Shown: positions 12,927 to 23,830, counted from the first letter of the stretch. The stretch is 64,000 nucleotides of DNA from an uncultured bacterium (GCA_903893315.1 CAITLU010000013.1:155026-219025); one strand, 5' to 3'. The notes: generated by a model not told the origin, from the sequence alone. Numbers and translations are program-made.

Positions 12927-14639
12927 TCATTCCATCGCCGCGGCGATCTCCGCAACGTCGAGGGTTTCGGCGCGGCAACGGCCGAGGTCTTCGCACAGTA
13001 CGTAAGCCACACCAGCGCGCTCGGCTTTCTTGTCCAGCGCTATCGCCTTGCGAACGGCTTGCCGGTCGAGGCCGGCGGGCACCTGGTGTTCGAGCCCGAG
13101 ACGCACGAGCAATCTCTCGACACGGCGCGCAAGCTCGGACCCACACAGCCCGCGCCGCGCCGAAAGCCGCGCCGCCACTCCCATGCCGATGGCGACAGCC
13201 TCACCGTGCAGGTAGCGGTCGTAGCCGGTCACCTGCTCGACCGCGTGCGCGACGGTGTGGCCGAAGTTGAGAACGCGTCGCAGACCCGTCGTTTCAAACT
13301 CGTCCTTTTCGACGACGTCGGCCTTGATTCGCACGCAGCGGGCGATGATCGGCATCATCACCGCCGGGTCACGGGCCAGCACCGCGTCGGCCTCGGCTTC
13401 GATCCTCTCGAAGAGCGCGCGATCCAGGATGATGCCGTACTTGACCACCTCGGCCAGGCCCGCAAGGTACTCGCGCTGCGGCAGAGTCCCCAACGTGTCC
13501 GGATCGATCAGCACCAGGCTCGGCTGGTGGAAGGCCCCGACCAGGTTCTTGCCGTGGCTGCGGTCGATGCCGGTCTTGCCGCCGACGCTCGAATCCACGT
13601 GCGCCAGCAAAGTGGTAGGGATCATCACGAACCGGACCCCGCGCAGGATGGTAGCAGCGGCAAAACCCGTAAGATCGCCGACCACACCGCCGCCGAGAGC
13701 GACCAGCATCGCCTTACGATCGACACCGGCGTCGAGCACGCGGTCGTAGATCGTTTCGACGGTGGCCATCGTCTTGTAGCGTTCGCCGTCCGGAATCTCG
13801 ACGACATGAACGCGCCCGGCCAGCGTCGCGTCGGCACCGAGCAGAGCCTGTTCGACCGCCGCACCATACAGAGGCCGCACCGTCGAATTGGTGACGACGA
13901 ATATCTTCGAAGGCGCCAGTGCCGCGATGCGCGCAGCACCCGCGCCGAAGCAGCCGCACTCGATCAAGCAGTCATAGCCGCGCGGCCCGAGGTCCACGTG
14001 CACCGTTTCGCCGCCGGCACCGGTCGCGATCCGTTGCGTCATCCCCTGGCCCTGCCCCTGCCCTTGCCGCGTTTCTTGCCGCACCGGCTCGTGTCCCGCC
14101 GCGTCGTGGGTACTTCGAGCGCCGCGTTCGCGCAGACGCGGCGCCAGCACGGTGGCCACGCGCACGACCGCCTGATCCACAGTGAGCCCGTCAGTCTCCA
14201 CCATCACGTCGGCGCCGCGATAATGCGGAAGCCTTTCTTCGAGCAGCTTGCCCAGGCGTGCCGCCGCGTCTTCGCCGGCCGCCAGAGGTCTCTTGTCATT
14301 GCGGCCGACGCGTTCGAGAACGGTTTCAAGCGAAGTGACCAGGCAGACCACCGGCCCGAGGCGGCGCAGTGGCTCGCGGTTCGCCGCCTGTACGAAGGTT
14401 CCGCCGCCGGTCGCAATCACGCTGGCCCGTGCCGGCGCCAGGGTCGTGACCACCTCGTGCTCGACACGCCGGAACTCGATTTCCCCGTGACGCGAAAAAA
14501 ACTCTGCGATCGGCATGCCGATCTTCTCTTCGATGATCTGATCGGTGTCGATGAAGTCGTAGCCCAGACGCCTGGCCAGCCGGCGGCCGACTGCAGTCTT
14601 TCCGCTGGCCATGAAGCCTATGAGCACGACGTGGGACAT
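12927..14639 (-). CDS. aroKB: Bifunctional shikimate kinase / 3-dehydroquinate synthase (fused AroK-AroB)
   Basis: The N-terminus carries the Walker A of shikimate kinase ([22 protein letters not shown]) and the DTD motif. A linker containing QGQGQGQG follows. The C-terminal DHQ synthase carries [14 protein letters not shown] and the metal-binding region. It is a single uninterrupted ORF. Confidence 0.9.
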   Translation of the reverse strand: MSHVVLIGFMASGKTAVGRRLARRLGYDFIDTDQIIEEKIGMPIAEFFSRHGEIEFRRVEHEVVTTLAPARASVIATGGGTFVQAANREPLRRLGPVVCLVTSLETVLERVGRNDKRPLAAGEDAAARLGKLLEERLPHYRGADVMVETDGLTVDQAVVRVATVLAPRLRERGARSTHDAAGHEPVRQETRQGQGQGQGMTQRIATGAGGETVHVDLGPRGYDCLIECGCFGAGAARIAALAPSKIFVVTNSTVRPLYGAAVEQALLGADATLAGRVHVVEIPDGERYKTMATVETIYDRVLDAGVDRKAMLVALGGGVVGDLTGFAAATILRGVRFVMIPTTLLAHVDSSVGGKTGIDRSHGKNLVGAFHQPSLVLIDPDTLGTLPQREYLAGLAEVVKYGIILDRALFERIEAEADAVLARDPAVMMPIIARCVRIKADVVEKDEFETTGLRRVLNFGHTVAHAVEQVTGYDRYLHGEAVAIGMGVAARLSARRGLCGSELARRVERLLVRLGLEHQVPAGLDRQAVRKAIALDKKAERAGVAYVLCEDLGRCRAETLDVAEIAAAME

Positions 14640-14824
14640 GGATGTCGAAGCCCGATGCGCTCGCCCTTGTTACCCCGCCGTAGCGCAAGCAAGGACGAAC
14701 CGCCGCTGAGCGTCGCGCACGCTATCACAGCAACCCCGCGGAACGCAGGCGTCCACTAGGTACGCCGCAGCGACCGAGTCGTCGCCCAACGCCGCAGATG
14801 GCCCCTTATGGACAGACTGCCTCC

Positions 14825-16351
14825 CTAATCGAGGACGCGTGGAGTAACCATCACTACCAACTCCTCATCCTCGCGCTCACGAGAGTGGCGACCGAAGAGG
14901 TTGCCGAGCAGCGGGACGTCGCGCAGGACCGGGATCCCGGCGCCGCTTCGCTGGCCGGACTCGCGCTGAAGCCCGCCGAGCACTGCGGTCTCGCCGTTGG
15001 CCACCAGTAATTCAGCGTCGACCATGCGGCTGAGTTCCTCGGGAATGTCGTCGGGCGGCAACGGAGCACCGAGGCTGCTCGACTTGGCCTTGATACGCAG
15101 CAGCACGCGGCGCCCGGCCCGCACCGACGGCGTCACTTCGAGACGCACGCCGACCGGAATCTCTTCAGTGGCGCGCTGGCCGTTGTCGACCTCGACGACG
15201 TCGCCGCCGACCACACTGCCGCGACTCGGCAAGCGGATGCGCAGGATGCGCACGCTCTCGACGGAGGCCGGGCTACCTTCGAGCATCACCACGCTCGGAC
15301 GCGAAACCACGTGGACGCGTCCGTCGGCTTCCATCGCCGAGATGCGCGCATCCAACGCTGAAGCACCGCCGGTGGCCAGCACCAGTGCCGCACTGCCGGA
15401 AACGGACGCCGGCGGAGGAAACTTGACGTCGGCGCCTACGTCACCGGCCAGCTTCCAGTCCACGCCGAGATCGAGGCGCGCCGAATGCGTCAACTCGACG
15501 ATCTTGGCTTCGAGCAGGACGCGGCGCCGCGGCCGATCCAATTCGCGCAGCAGGACAAGAGCGCGGTCGATCGCCTCGCGCGTGCCGGAAACCACCAGCG
15601 CGTTCGACGAAAGCTCGGGCACCACCGAAACCTTCAGGGGCTCCGCAGCTTTGGCCATGACTGCGGCCATCTCTTTGGCTGCCGCGTGAGCGAGCGGAAC
15701 GATGCGGGTCTCTATCGACGGCTCGGGTTTCTCGGGCTTTTCTGCCCCCGGCTCGCAGCCGGCCGTAGCCTTTGACCCGCCCGGCATATCAGCAGAAGCA
15801 GTGCCCAAAACCGCTTCGTCGGCGGCCACTGGGGCACCGGGTTCGCGACCACGCGGCTCTCGATTCGACGGCTGAGGACGCGATTGCGGGCGAACTTCGA
15901 TGAGGCCGTCGTCCAACGTGAAGTCGAAGCCGAACACGCGCGCGAACGCAGCCAGTCGCTGCTCCCACGCAAGGTTGCCGCCGTCCGTGGCGGTCAGGTC
16001 GCCGTGGACTTCGGGACTCACGACCAGATCGCGGCCGGCCTCGTGTGCAACTTCCCCGAGCCAGGCAGACAGCGGCCTCGTTTGCACCAGCGGCGTCGCG
16101 CGCGACGAGACGATCGCATCGGGAATGGCCGCTGCGGCTGGGCGGTTCGGCGCATCTGTCGCCTGCGAACGCGCAGCGTCGACCGTCCCGACCACCGTGG
16201 CAGACGGAGGTTGCAGGTACGCGCCCACCGGACCGCGCAATAGCCAGACTGAACAGACCGCCACCACCGCGACTGCGGCGCACCACGCGGCGCTACGGCG
16301 GCGGCCGCGGCGGCGATCGTTCTCCAGCAGATCAGCGTGCACGGCGGGCAC
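14825..16351 (-). CDS. pilQ: Secretin (type IV pilus PilQ / T2SS GspD family) outer-membrane channel
   Basis: The C-terminal secretin domain is present (VLRDVPLLGNLFG, ELVVMVTPRVLD). N0/STN-like and KH-like N domains lie upstream. It sits immediately upstream of aroK-aroB as in canonical pilMNOPQ-aroKB loci. The start may be internal. Confidence 0.8.
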   Translation of the reverse strand: MPAVHADLLENDRRRGRRRSAAWCAAVAVVAVCSVWLLRGPVGAYLQPPSATVVGTVDAARSQATDAPNRPAAAAIPDAIVSSRATPLVQTRPLSAWLGEVAHEAGRDLVVSPEVHGDLTATDGGNLAWEQRLAAFARVFGFDFTLDDGLIEVRPQSRPQPSNREPRGREPGAPVAADEAVLGTASADMPGGSKATAGCEPGAEKPEKPEPSIETRIVPLAHAAAKEMAAVMAKAAEPLKVSVVPELSSNALVVSGTREAIDRALVLLRELDRPRRRVLLEAKIVELTHSARLDLGVDWKLAGDVGADVKFPPPASVSGSAALVLATGGASALDARISAMEADGRVHVVSRPSVVMLEGSPASVESVRILRIRLPSRGSVVGGDVVEVDNGQRATEEIPVGVRLEVTPSVRAGRRVLLRIKAKSSSLGAPLPPDDIPEELSRMVDAELLVANGETAVLGGLQRESGQRSGAGIPVLRDVPLLGNLFGRHSREREDEELVVMVTPRVLD

Positions 16352-17138
16352 CGAACCAGGCCAGCGCCAGGCCTACCGGAACCGCAAGGTCGTCACCCAG
16401 CGCGTGCGCCGCACGCTCGGCCTCGGGACTGACACTCACGGCCGCTAACGGCTGCGGTGACGCGAGCTGCGCGCCGGGAGATTGCCGCAACGACGAATGC
16501 GCCGAAGAACCCGGCGACGGTACCAGCGACGGCGACGAGGCACCCAAGGTGTCGGCCAGCGTCACCAGCGCGCAGGCTTCGCAGTCCAGTGCGAGCAGGC
16601 GAAGACCGGCACGGCGAAACAAACCCTGGGCCTGGCTGACGGCGCGAAGCTGGGCGCGAACCCGCAGCCCCGAATTGGCGGAATCACCGGCTGCCACCTT
16701 GATGTTTGCCACACGCTCGGCGGCCGTCGGCTCCGCACCGTCGGCGACCACCGCACCGCCGTCGGCCACCATCGTTTCGCCGACCGGAGACGCCGCAGCG
16801 CTGCCGCGCCGGACGCGCGTCTCACCTGCCCGGTCGATGGTGCAGAATGGCGCAGCCAGCGCAGCGACGTGGCCGAAACGATCGGCGCCCAGCAACCACG
16901 CCAGTTCGACGATGCCCGGCGCGAACAGCGACGGCGGACCGCCGTGCGCGTAGGAAGCGGCGCAGGCTTCGAGCAACGGCTCATCTGCGGTGCGGACGAT
17001 GACGGCCGCGACCAGTCGATCAGCGGCGAGATACCAGAATGTGGCGCGACCGGCCCTGAGTGATGCGAACATGACCGCGCCACCCTGCCCGCGTCGGTCC
17101 CGCGCGCGCAACGACGGCGATGTAATGGAACGCAGCAA
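16332..17138 (-). CDS. Hypothetical protein (weak PilM/N/O/P-like character at best)
   Basis: A 268 aa ORF sits just upstream of the secretin. No recognisable motifs. A high-GC artefact is possible. Confidence 0.25.
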   Translation of the reverse strand: MLRSITSPSLRARDRRGQGGAVMFASLRAGRATFWYLAADRLVAAVIVRTADEPLLEACAASYAHGGPPSLFAPGIVELAWLLGADRFGHVAALAAPFCTIDRAGETRVRRGSAAASPVGETMVADGGAVVADGAEPTAAERVANIKVAAGDSANSGLRVRAQLRAVSQAQGLFRRAGLRLLALDCEACALVTLADTLGASSPSLVPSPGSSAHSSLRQSPGAQLASPQPLAAVSVSPEAERAAHALGDDLAVPVGLALAWFGARRAR

Positions 17139-17183
17139 ACAGACGCGCTGCGAACGAACCGCCGGCTATCCCCCGCGACGCGA

Positions 17184-18002
17184 TCAGCGCGGCAAGCGCG
17201 ACAGTACTTCCTGGGCGAGAGTCGCGACGTGAGTCCCGTCGGCGGCAAACACGTGGCCGATCGCCAGCCCGCGACCTCCCACGTAGTTGTGGCATGACAT
17301 GTCGTGCAGGTGCCACGCATCGGCACGCAGCGGACGGTGGAACCAGATGGTGTGATCGAGACTCGCGTTGAACATCTTCTCGCCGGCCTCGCTGCGTCGC
17401 CGCGCTTCGGGATGGGAACGGATAACGGTGTCGGTGGGAAGGTCGTCGGACAGGTAGGCGAGCGCGCAGCGCTGCATCAGCTGATCGTCGCCGAGGTCGC
17501 TCGTCACCTTCATCCAGGCGCCCGTGCGGCCTGCGCCGGTGCCGGCGGGTTCGGCCAGGACGCCGTCCGGAAGGAAGCGGCGGTCGAAGAACTCGCTCCA
17601 CGAAGTGGCCGGCAGATCTTCGGGCGCAGGCAGACCTCCGGGCATCGGCACCGTCTGGATGTCGTCGCTGTCCTCGTGACACTGAAACGAAGCTTCGAGG
17701 TTCAAGATGGCGCCTATCGACTGGCGGGCAACGACGCGGCGGGTGGCAAAGCTGTGCCCGTTGCGGATGCGGTCGACCTCGTAGCGCACCGGCTCCTGGT
17801 TGTCACCGCGGCGGATGAAGTAGGCGCGCAGCGAATGCGGCAGCAGACCCGCTTCGACCGTGTTGGCCGCGGCACGAAGCGCCTGGGCGACGATGTGCCC
17901 GCCGTAAAGACCGCCCCACGCGTAGCTGAGCCCTTCACCGACGTAGACGTCGGGGCCGTGAGAAGCGAGGTCGAACAGTTCGCTGAGGTTGCGTGATGCC
18001 AT
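17184..18002 (-). CDS. tesB: Acyl-CoA thioesterase II
   Basis: The protein is 272 aa from MASRNLSELFDL. It has the double hotdog fold pattern of TesB (GGHIVAQALRAA...). Confidence 0.85.
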   Translation of the reverse strand: MASRNLSELFDLASHGPDVYVGEGLSYAWGGLYGGHIVAQALRAAANTVEAGLLPHSLRAYFIRRGDNQEPVRYEVDRIRNGHSFATRRVVARQSIGAILNLEASFQCHEDSDDIQTVPMPGGLPAPEDLPATSWSEFFDRRFLPDGVLAEPAGTGAGRTGAWMKVTSDLGDDQLMQRCALAYLSDDLPTDTVIRSHPEARRRSEAGEKMFNASLDHTIWFHRPLRADAWHLHDMSCHNYVGGRGLAIGHVFAADGTHVATLAQEVLSRLPR

Positions 18003-18257
18003 CCGGTTGCCTTCCTCGAAGCGTGGTCGCGCCGGACTCGCCTGCGGGAACCAACGGCAACGCATCCACGACCCGGCGCGATCGCCGCGCGCACCAGAGC
18101 ACGGCGATCGAAAAGTTGCACACCAGATGATCACAACGGCTGCGACGACCGGCGCGTCGCGACGCGCCGGCCGAAGCTGCGGCTCGGTCTTCCGGTTCCG
18201 CCGACGGTCTGCATCGACAATGCGGCGCCACCGTGCGACACGGCCCTCACTCCTCCA

Positions 18258-20684
18258 GTGATCAGATACGTCCACGTCACGCCGCTTCCTGCCATCGCCG
18301 ACCTCGAGCGACTCACCTACGAACTGCCGGAGGAATTTGCAGCCGACGTGCGCGCCGGCATGCGCGTGCTGGTCCCGCTCGGATCCCGGCGCATCACCGC
18401 GCTGGTCACGCACCTGGCAGACGCGGCTCCCGATGACGTCACCTGTCGAAACGTGCTGGCTGTTCTCGACGATTCGCCGATCGTCACCGAGGGCCTGCTG
18501 CGTCTGCTCGAGTGGATGGCCGAGTATTACCTTGCCGGACTCGGCGAAACGCTTTCGCTGGCGGTAGGTCGCACGCTGACCTCGACGTCACGCCGGGTGG
18601 TCGCGTTGCGCAACCCAGCCGCCGCCCACGGCGATCTCGAAGAACAACTGGTCGCGACCCTGGCGAAGATCGGCAAAGCGACCGATCCGGCGCGTCTGGC
18701 GGCGATGCTCGGCCGCCGCAGCATCGACCGGCTGCTGTTCTCGATGGCCGAGCGCGGCGCGATCGCGATCGAGGATCTGCTGCCGCGGCCCAAGACCACC
18801 ACCAGGTTCGAGACCGTCGTCAGCATCGAACGCATGCCCGACGACGCGGCCAAAGCGGCGCTGTTCGCGAGGGCACCCAAACGCCGCGCGATCTTCGAAC
18901 ACCTCAACGCGCAACCGCACCGGCGCGCGACGCTGGCCGAGCTCACCCAACTCTATCCATCGGCGGGCGACTCGCTGACGGCGCTGGCCGAAGCCGGCAT
19001 CGTCAGGCTGACCCGCAGCGAGGCCTATCGCACGCCCGGCGGTTTCGTCGAAGACTCGGCGCCTCCCACGCTCACCGACCCGCAAAGCCGCGCGGTCGCA
19101 GCGATCGCGGAACAGTCGGCAAAGTTCGCGACCTTTCTCCTGCAGGGCGTCACCGCCAGCGGCAAGACCGAAATCTACCTGCGCAGCATCGAAACCGTGC
19201 TGGCAGCCGGCGCCGGCGCGCTGGTGCTGGTGCCGGAGATCTCGCTCACTCACCAGGTGGTGGCGCGGCTGCGCGGACGCTTCGGCAATCTGGTGGCGGT
19301 GCTTCACAGCGACCTGAGCGCTGGAGAGCGCTGGGACGAGTGGCGGCGTCTGGCACGCTCCGAAGCGAGAATCGCGGTTGGAGCGCGCTCGGCGGTACTC
19401 GCGCCGGTACCGAACCTCGGCCTCATCGTCGTCGACGAAGAACACGACTCGGCCTACAAACAAGACGACGGCGTCCGCTACAACGCCCGCGACGTCGCGG
19501 TGATGCGCGCCCGTATCGAGTCGTGCCCGGTGGTTCTAGGCTCGGCCACGCCGTCGCTGGAAAGCTGGCGCCACGCCCGCGAAGGACGCTACCGTCACCT
19601 GCACATGCCCAACCGCGTGACCGCCAGTCCGCCGCCGCGCATCGAAGCGATCGACCTGCGCGGCCGCGACCTGGAGGCCGGCGGTGGACTCAGTGAACCT
19701 CTCATCGATGCCATGCGCGCCAACTTCGACGCGCGCGGACAGACCCTGCTGTTCCTGAACCGTCGCGGCTACGCACGCAGCCTCCAGTGCTGGTCGTGCG
19801 GTCTGACCCTCGAGTGCAATTCGTGCAGCGTCGCGCTCACGCTGCACCAGAGCGACCGTACCCTGCGCTGTCACCACTGTGATGCCAGACGCCCGGTGCC
19901 GCCTCGCTGCCCCGACTGCAAAGCCGACGCGCTGTTTTCCCAGGGCCTCGGCACCCAGCGGCTGGAGGCAACCGTACGTTCGCTGATGCCGAGCGCACGC
20001 GTGGCGCGTCTGGATCGCGATACCACCGAGCAGCGAGGCCTGCTGGCATCAACCCTGGGAGCGTGGCGACGCGCCGAAGTGGACGTGCTGATCGGTACTC
20101 AGATGATCGCCAAGGGTCACGACGTTCCGGGCGTCACGCTGGTGGGCGTAGTGCAGGCCGATCTGGCTCTCGCGGTGCCGGATTTCCGCGGCGCCGAGCG
20201 CACCTTCCAACTGCTGGCCCAGGTTGCCGGACGGGCCGGGCGCGGCAGTGAGCAAGGCCGCGTGCTGGTGCAGACGTACCAACCCGAGCACCCGGCCATC
20301 GCACTGGCCATCGACAACAACTTCGATGGTTTCGCCGAGGCTGAACTCGCCGAAAGGGCCGAACTCGGCTACCCGCCGATCACGCGCATGGGGCTGCTGC
20401 GTCTGGAGGGAGCCGATCGCGGCGCCACCGAACGCATCGCGGCTCAGGCCGCGCGTGCGATGGCCGAGGCCGGCGCCTCCGACCCGGCTTTCGTCGTGCG
20501 CGGACCGGCGCCGGCGGTGATCGAGAAGGTCAAGGACCGCTATCGCTACCAGGTGCACGCACGCGCGCCCCGCTCCTCGATAGTCCGCCATGCCCTTTCG
20601 CGCGCCCGGTCTGTGGTGAGCGTCGCCGCCCGCGGCGCCGGCGTGCGCGTGCTGGTCGACGTCGATCCGGTCGACATGTTCTGA
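18258..20684 (+). CDS. priA: Primosomal protein N' (replication restart helicase)
   Basis: Walker A GVTASGKTE and DEEHD motifs are present. The Cys-rich zinc-binding insert is present (CWSCGLTLECNSCSVALTLHQSDRTLRCHHCDARRPVPPRCPDC). Confidence 0.95.
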   Translation: MIRYVHVTPLPAIADLERLTYELPEEFAADVRAGMRVLVPLGSRRITALVTHLADAAPDDVTCRNVLAVLDDSPIVTEGLLRLLEWMAEYYLAGLGETLSLAVGRTLTSTSRRVVALRNPAAAHGDLEEQLVATLAKIGKATDPARLAAMLGRRSIDRLLFSMAERGAIAIEDLLPRPKTTTRFETVVSIERMPDDAAKAALFARAPKRRAIFEHLNAQPHRRATLAELTQLYPSAGDSLTALAEAGIVRLTRSEAYRTPGGFVEDSAPPTLTDPQSRAVAAIAEQSAKFATFLLQGVTASGKTEIYLRSIETVLAAGAGALVLVPEISLTHQVVARLRGRFGNLVAVLHSDLSAGERWDEWRRLARSEARIAVGARSAVLAPVPNLGLIVVDEEHDSAYKQDDGVRYNARDVAVMRARIESCPVVLGSATPSLESWRHAREGRYRHLHMPNRVTASPPPRIEAIDLRGRDLEAGGGLSEPLIDAMRANFDARGQTLLFLNRRGYARSLQCWSCGLTLECNSCSVALTLHQSDRTLRCHHCDARRPVPPRCPDCKADALFSQGLGTQRLEATVRSLMPSARVARLDRDTTEQRGLLASTLGAWRRAEVDVLIGTQMIAKGHDVPGVTLVGVVQADLALAVPDFRGAERTFQLLAQVAGRAGRGSEQGRVLVQTYQPEHPAIALAIDNNFDGFAEAELAERAELGYPPITRMGLLRLEGADRGATERIAAQAARAMAEAGASDPAFVVRGPAPAVIEKVKDRYRYQVHARAPRSSIVRHALSRARSVVSVAARGAGVRVLVDVDPVDMF

Positions 20685-20770
20685 CGCAGATGCCGACGGC
20701 TCGGCGCCGGTATCGCGACAAACGCGCACCGAGCCTTGCTCTCCGTCGGCGTTTCCCTTTGATTAGCGGC

Positions 20771-21313
20771 GTGTCGGTACTGTCCATACATCGTTATCCC
20801 AGCCGCGTGCTCACCCAGCACGCGGCCGAAATCACTCAGATCAACGCGCGAGCCGCCAAACTGCTCAACGACATGGTCGACACCATGTACGCCTCCAACG
20901 GCATTGGATTGGCCGCGCCTCAGATCGGCTCGCTTCTGCGCGCGATCGTCATCGATACCGACTCCGAGTCGCGCGGCAAGCAGCTCATCAAGATCATCAA
21001 TCCTGAGATTCTCGAGTCGAGCGGTTCGGTGGTCTGGGAAGAAGGTTGCCTGAGCGTCGTCAATTACACCGCCGACGTGACGCGTGCGCGTCACGTCCTG
21101 ATGCGCGGATGGACGATCGAGCACAAGGAAGTCCAGATCGAAGCCAGTGACCTGTTGGCGGTGTGCATCCAGCACGAGATCGACCATCTTGACGGCCGCC
21201 TCTTCATCGACCGCATCTCGGCGCTGAAACGCAGCCTCTACCGCAAGCGACTGAACAAGCAGGTACGCCAGGACGAAGACGACGCTCCCGCCAAACGGCC
21301 AGGCGCGCTGTGA
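20771..21313 (+). CDS. def: Peptide deformylase
   Basis: The GIGLAAPQ, EGCLS and HEIDHLDG motifs are present. A GTG start at 20771 follows the priA stop. Confidence 0.9.
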   Translation: MSVLSIHRYPSRVLTQHAAEITQINARAAKLLNDMVDTMYASNGIGLAAPQIGSLLRAIVIDTDSESRGKQLIKIINPEILESSGSVVWEEGCLSVVNYTADVTRARHVLMRGWTIEHKEVQIEASDLLAVCIQHEIDHLDGRLFIDRISALKRSLYRKRLNKQVRQDEDDAPAKRPGAL

Positions 21314-21374
21314 CGGGGTTTGCTGACGGCGCACTGCATCCGGCTGTCGTGATCGCGCGCCAGAACGCAACGCC

Positions 21375-22415
21375 GTGACGGCAAAGACCGAGGCCGCCGT
21401 GACCAGATCCCTCGACCTGGTTTTCATGGGCACGCCGCAGTACGCGGCCGTCTCGCTGCGCCGCCTGCTGGCGGGGCCGCATCGCGTGCGAGCGGTCGTC
21501 ACTCGCGCTGACAAGGCCCGCGGCCGCGGGCAGGAATTGAAGCCCTCGCCGGTCAAGGAATTGGCGCTGGAAGCCGGGATCGAAGTTCTCGATCCCGCGT
21601 CACCGCGCACTCCCGAATTCGCCGCGCGCCTTCGTGACATCGCTCCCGACCTCGGCGTCGTCGTCGCCTACGGACGCATCCTGCCTCTGCAGGTACTGAC
21701 TATCCCCCGCTACGGCTGCATCAACGCGCACGGGTCCCTGCTGCCGGCGCTGCGGGGCGCCGCGCCGATCGAGCGCGCCATCCTGGCGGGGCACACCGAA
21801 ACCGGCGTGACGATCATGCAGATGAGCGAAGGACTCGATGAAGGCGACATGATTTCGGCGCGCGCACTGGCGATCGGAGCGCAGACCACCGCCGAGGAAC
21901 TGCGCGAGAAGATGGCGCAGCTCTCGGCACAACTGCTCGTCGAAGCGGTGGGGCGTTTCGCCGCCGGGCCGGTCGCGGCCACGCCACAGGACAATGCCGC
22001 AGCGACGTTCGCGCCTCCCCTTCGCAAGGAAGAAGCGGCGCTCGACTGGAGTGAAGATGCCGAAGCGGTAGTGCGTCGCGTGAGAGCCTTCGCACCGCGC
22101 CCCGGAGCGTTCACGTTCGACGGCAACACCAGACTCAAGGTGCTGGAGGCGAAGGTAGCGGAGGCCGGCGCGTCGCCGGATGCAGCTGGCACCGTCCTTG
22201 CCGACGGCGCGGCACACGGCGGCTTGCTGGTAACCTGCGGACGCGGAGTCGTCGAACTCGTCAGCGTGCAACCCGAGGGCCGCCGCCCGATGAGTGGCAG
22301 CGACTACCGCCGCGGCCGCCGAAACGCCGATACACAGCGCAGACTCGGCAGCTCGCCCTGCGCTGATGCAAGTGGCGCCGCCGAAACCACAGGAAGGCCA
22401 AATGCCAGTCTCTGA
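21375..22415 (+). CDS. fmt: Methionyl-tRNA formyltransferase
   Basis: The formyltransferase N-domain is present (VFMGTP, HGSLLP). This is the classic def-fmt-rsmB arrangement. Confidence 0.9.
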   Translation: MTAKTEAAVTRSLDLVFMGTPQYAAVSLRRLLAGPHRVRAVVTRADKARGRGQELKPSPVKELALEAGIEVLDPASPRTPEFAARLRDIAPDLGVVVAYGRILPLQVLTIPRYGCINAHGSLLPALRGAAPIERAILAGHTETGVTIMQMSEGLDEGDMISARALAIGAQTTAEELREKMAQLSAQLLVEAVGRFAAGPVAATPQDNAAATFAPPLRKEEAALDWSEDAEAVVRRVRAFAPRPGAFTFDGNTRLKVLEAKVAEAGASPDAAGTVLADGAAHGGLLVTCGRGVVELVSVQPEGRRPMSGSDYRRGRRNADTQRRLGSSPCADASGAAETTGRPNASL

Positions 22416-23724
22416 TCCGCGCACGCTGGCGCTCGAGGTGTTGCTTGACGTCGGGCGCGGCGCCTGGGGCGACGAGAGCCTGGCCAAAGCCCTCGACGCC
22501 AGCGCGCTGCAAGGCGCCGACCGCGGCCTGGCAACGCTGCTCGTCTACGGCACGCTGGCCTGGCAACGCACTCTCGATCACACCGTCGAGGCATTCGCTT
22601 CGCGACCGGTGGAGCGTCTCGATCCATGCGTGCTGATCGCGCTTCGCCTGGGCCTGTTCCAACTCGGGATTCTCGACCGCGTTCCGGCCTACGCGGCCAT
22701 TTCGACCAGCGTCGATCTGGTGCGAAGCCGTACCAAGAGTGCGGCTGGTTTCGTCAACGCGCTGTTGCGACGCGCCCAGCGTGAAGGACTGGTGCCACCG
22801 CCATCGTCTCCGACCGACACCAGGCTCGGCATTGCGACGTCGCATCCGGACTGGCTGGTGTCGATGTGGCGCGGCGAACTCGGCGAAGCCGAAACCGAGG
22901 CCTTGCTCGAAGCCGACAATCAAGCCGCGCCAACCGCCTACCGCGCCCTTGGTTCCACGAGTGTCGAAGACGTCGTCGCTGCGCTCAGCGCACGCGGCGT
23001 AACTGCCGAAAAAGGCCGCTTCGGCGCGCGTGCGCTGGTAGTCGCCGGTGCCGTCCAGACGGCAGCCGGACTCACCGTGCTGCAAGGCGAAGCTTCGCAG
23101 CTCGTCGTCGAGATGCTTGATCTCCAGCCCGGCTGGCGTGTACTCGACGCCTGCGCCGCGCCCGGCGGCAAGACCGCATACATCGCGGAACTGGTCGGCG
23201 ATGCGGCCTGCGTCGTCGCCGTCGATCCGGCGCCGCGCGCACGCGAACGCATCGAAGCTTCGCTCGGCGCCGCCGGCATCGCGGCCGGCGTCAACATCCG
23301 CAACCAGGATCTGCGCGCGTTCGCCGCTGCAACCACCGGCGACCCGCTCTTCGATGCAATCCTGGTCGACGCACCTTGCTCCGGCCTCGGCACCCTCAGG
23401 CAGCACCCGGAAATACGCTGGCGGCGTGAGGTCTCCGACATCGAACAACTGGCCGAGCGCCAACGCTCGATCCTGGACGACGCCGCTTCGCTGCTGCGCC
23501 TGGGCGGCCGCCTGGTCTACTCAACCTGTACGATCTCGCAGCGCGAGAATGAAGAAGTGGTAGGCGACTTCCTCGCCTCACACCCCGACTTCCGCTGCGA
23601 TCGTGTCGACGCCCTGCCGCCGCACATCGCCGCGCTGTGCGACGAGGAAGGAGCCTTGCGCACCTTCCCTCACCGTCACGGCCTCGACGGTTTCTTCGCC
23701 GTGCGCCTAGTGCGCCGCGACTGA
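22402..23724 (+). CDS. rsmB: 16S rRNA (cytosine967-C5)-methyltransferase
   Basis: A NusB-like N-domain is followed by a SAM MTase with LDACAAPGGKT and DAPCSG...R motifs. It overlaps the fmt end by 14 nt. Confidence 0.9.
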   Translation: MPVSDPRTLALEVLLDVGRGAWGDESLAKALDASALQGADRGLATLLVYGTLAWQRTLDHTVEAFASRPVERLDPCVLIALRLGLFQLGILDRVPAYAAISTSVDLVRSRTKSAAGFVNALLRRAQREGLVPPPSSPTDTRLGIATSHPDWLVSMWRGELGEAETEALLEADNQAAPTAYRALGSTSVEDVVAALSARGVTAEKGRFGARALVVAGAVQTAAGLTVLQGEASQLVVEMLDLQPGWRVLDACAAPGGKTAYIAELVGDAACVVAVDPAPRARERIEASLGAAGIAAGVNIRNQDLRAFAAATTGDPLFDAILVDAPCSGLGTLRQHPEIRWRREVSDIEQLAERQRSILDDAASLLRLGGRLVYSTCTISQRENEEVVGDFLASHPDFRCDRVDALPPHIAALCDEEGALRTFPHRHGLDGFFAVRLVRRD

Positions 23725-23830
23725 CGGGTCCGCCCTTAAGCCGCGGGCCATCGGCCGCACCGCCAGATTCCGATGGATTCCCCGGCTTCTCCGGCCGTTT
23801 GCCTCACGAGTTTTCCAGGAACGCGAACCC

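Noticed and set aside
16562-17326. A 254 aa minus-strand ORF lies upstream of the secretin and could be a missing pil assembly gene.
   Set aside because: It is a Cys/Thr/Arg-rich low-complexity translation. It overlaps the alternative 268 aa frame and has no PilM/N/O/P motifs. Neither frame could be confidently assigned, so only the less degenerate one is listed at low confidence.
18512-19696. A 394 aa alternative-frame ORF lies inside priA. Other similar ORFs lie inside the cytochrome genes (for example 25652..26287, 27009..28073-, 27806..28681-).
   Set aside because: These are off-frame or antisense high-GC artefacts. The cytochrome and priA frames carry the conserved motifs.
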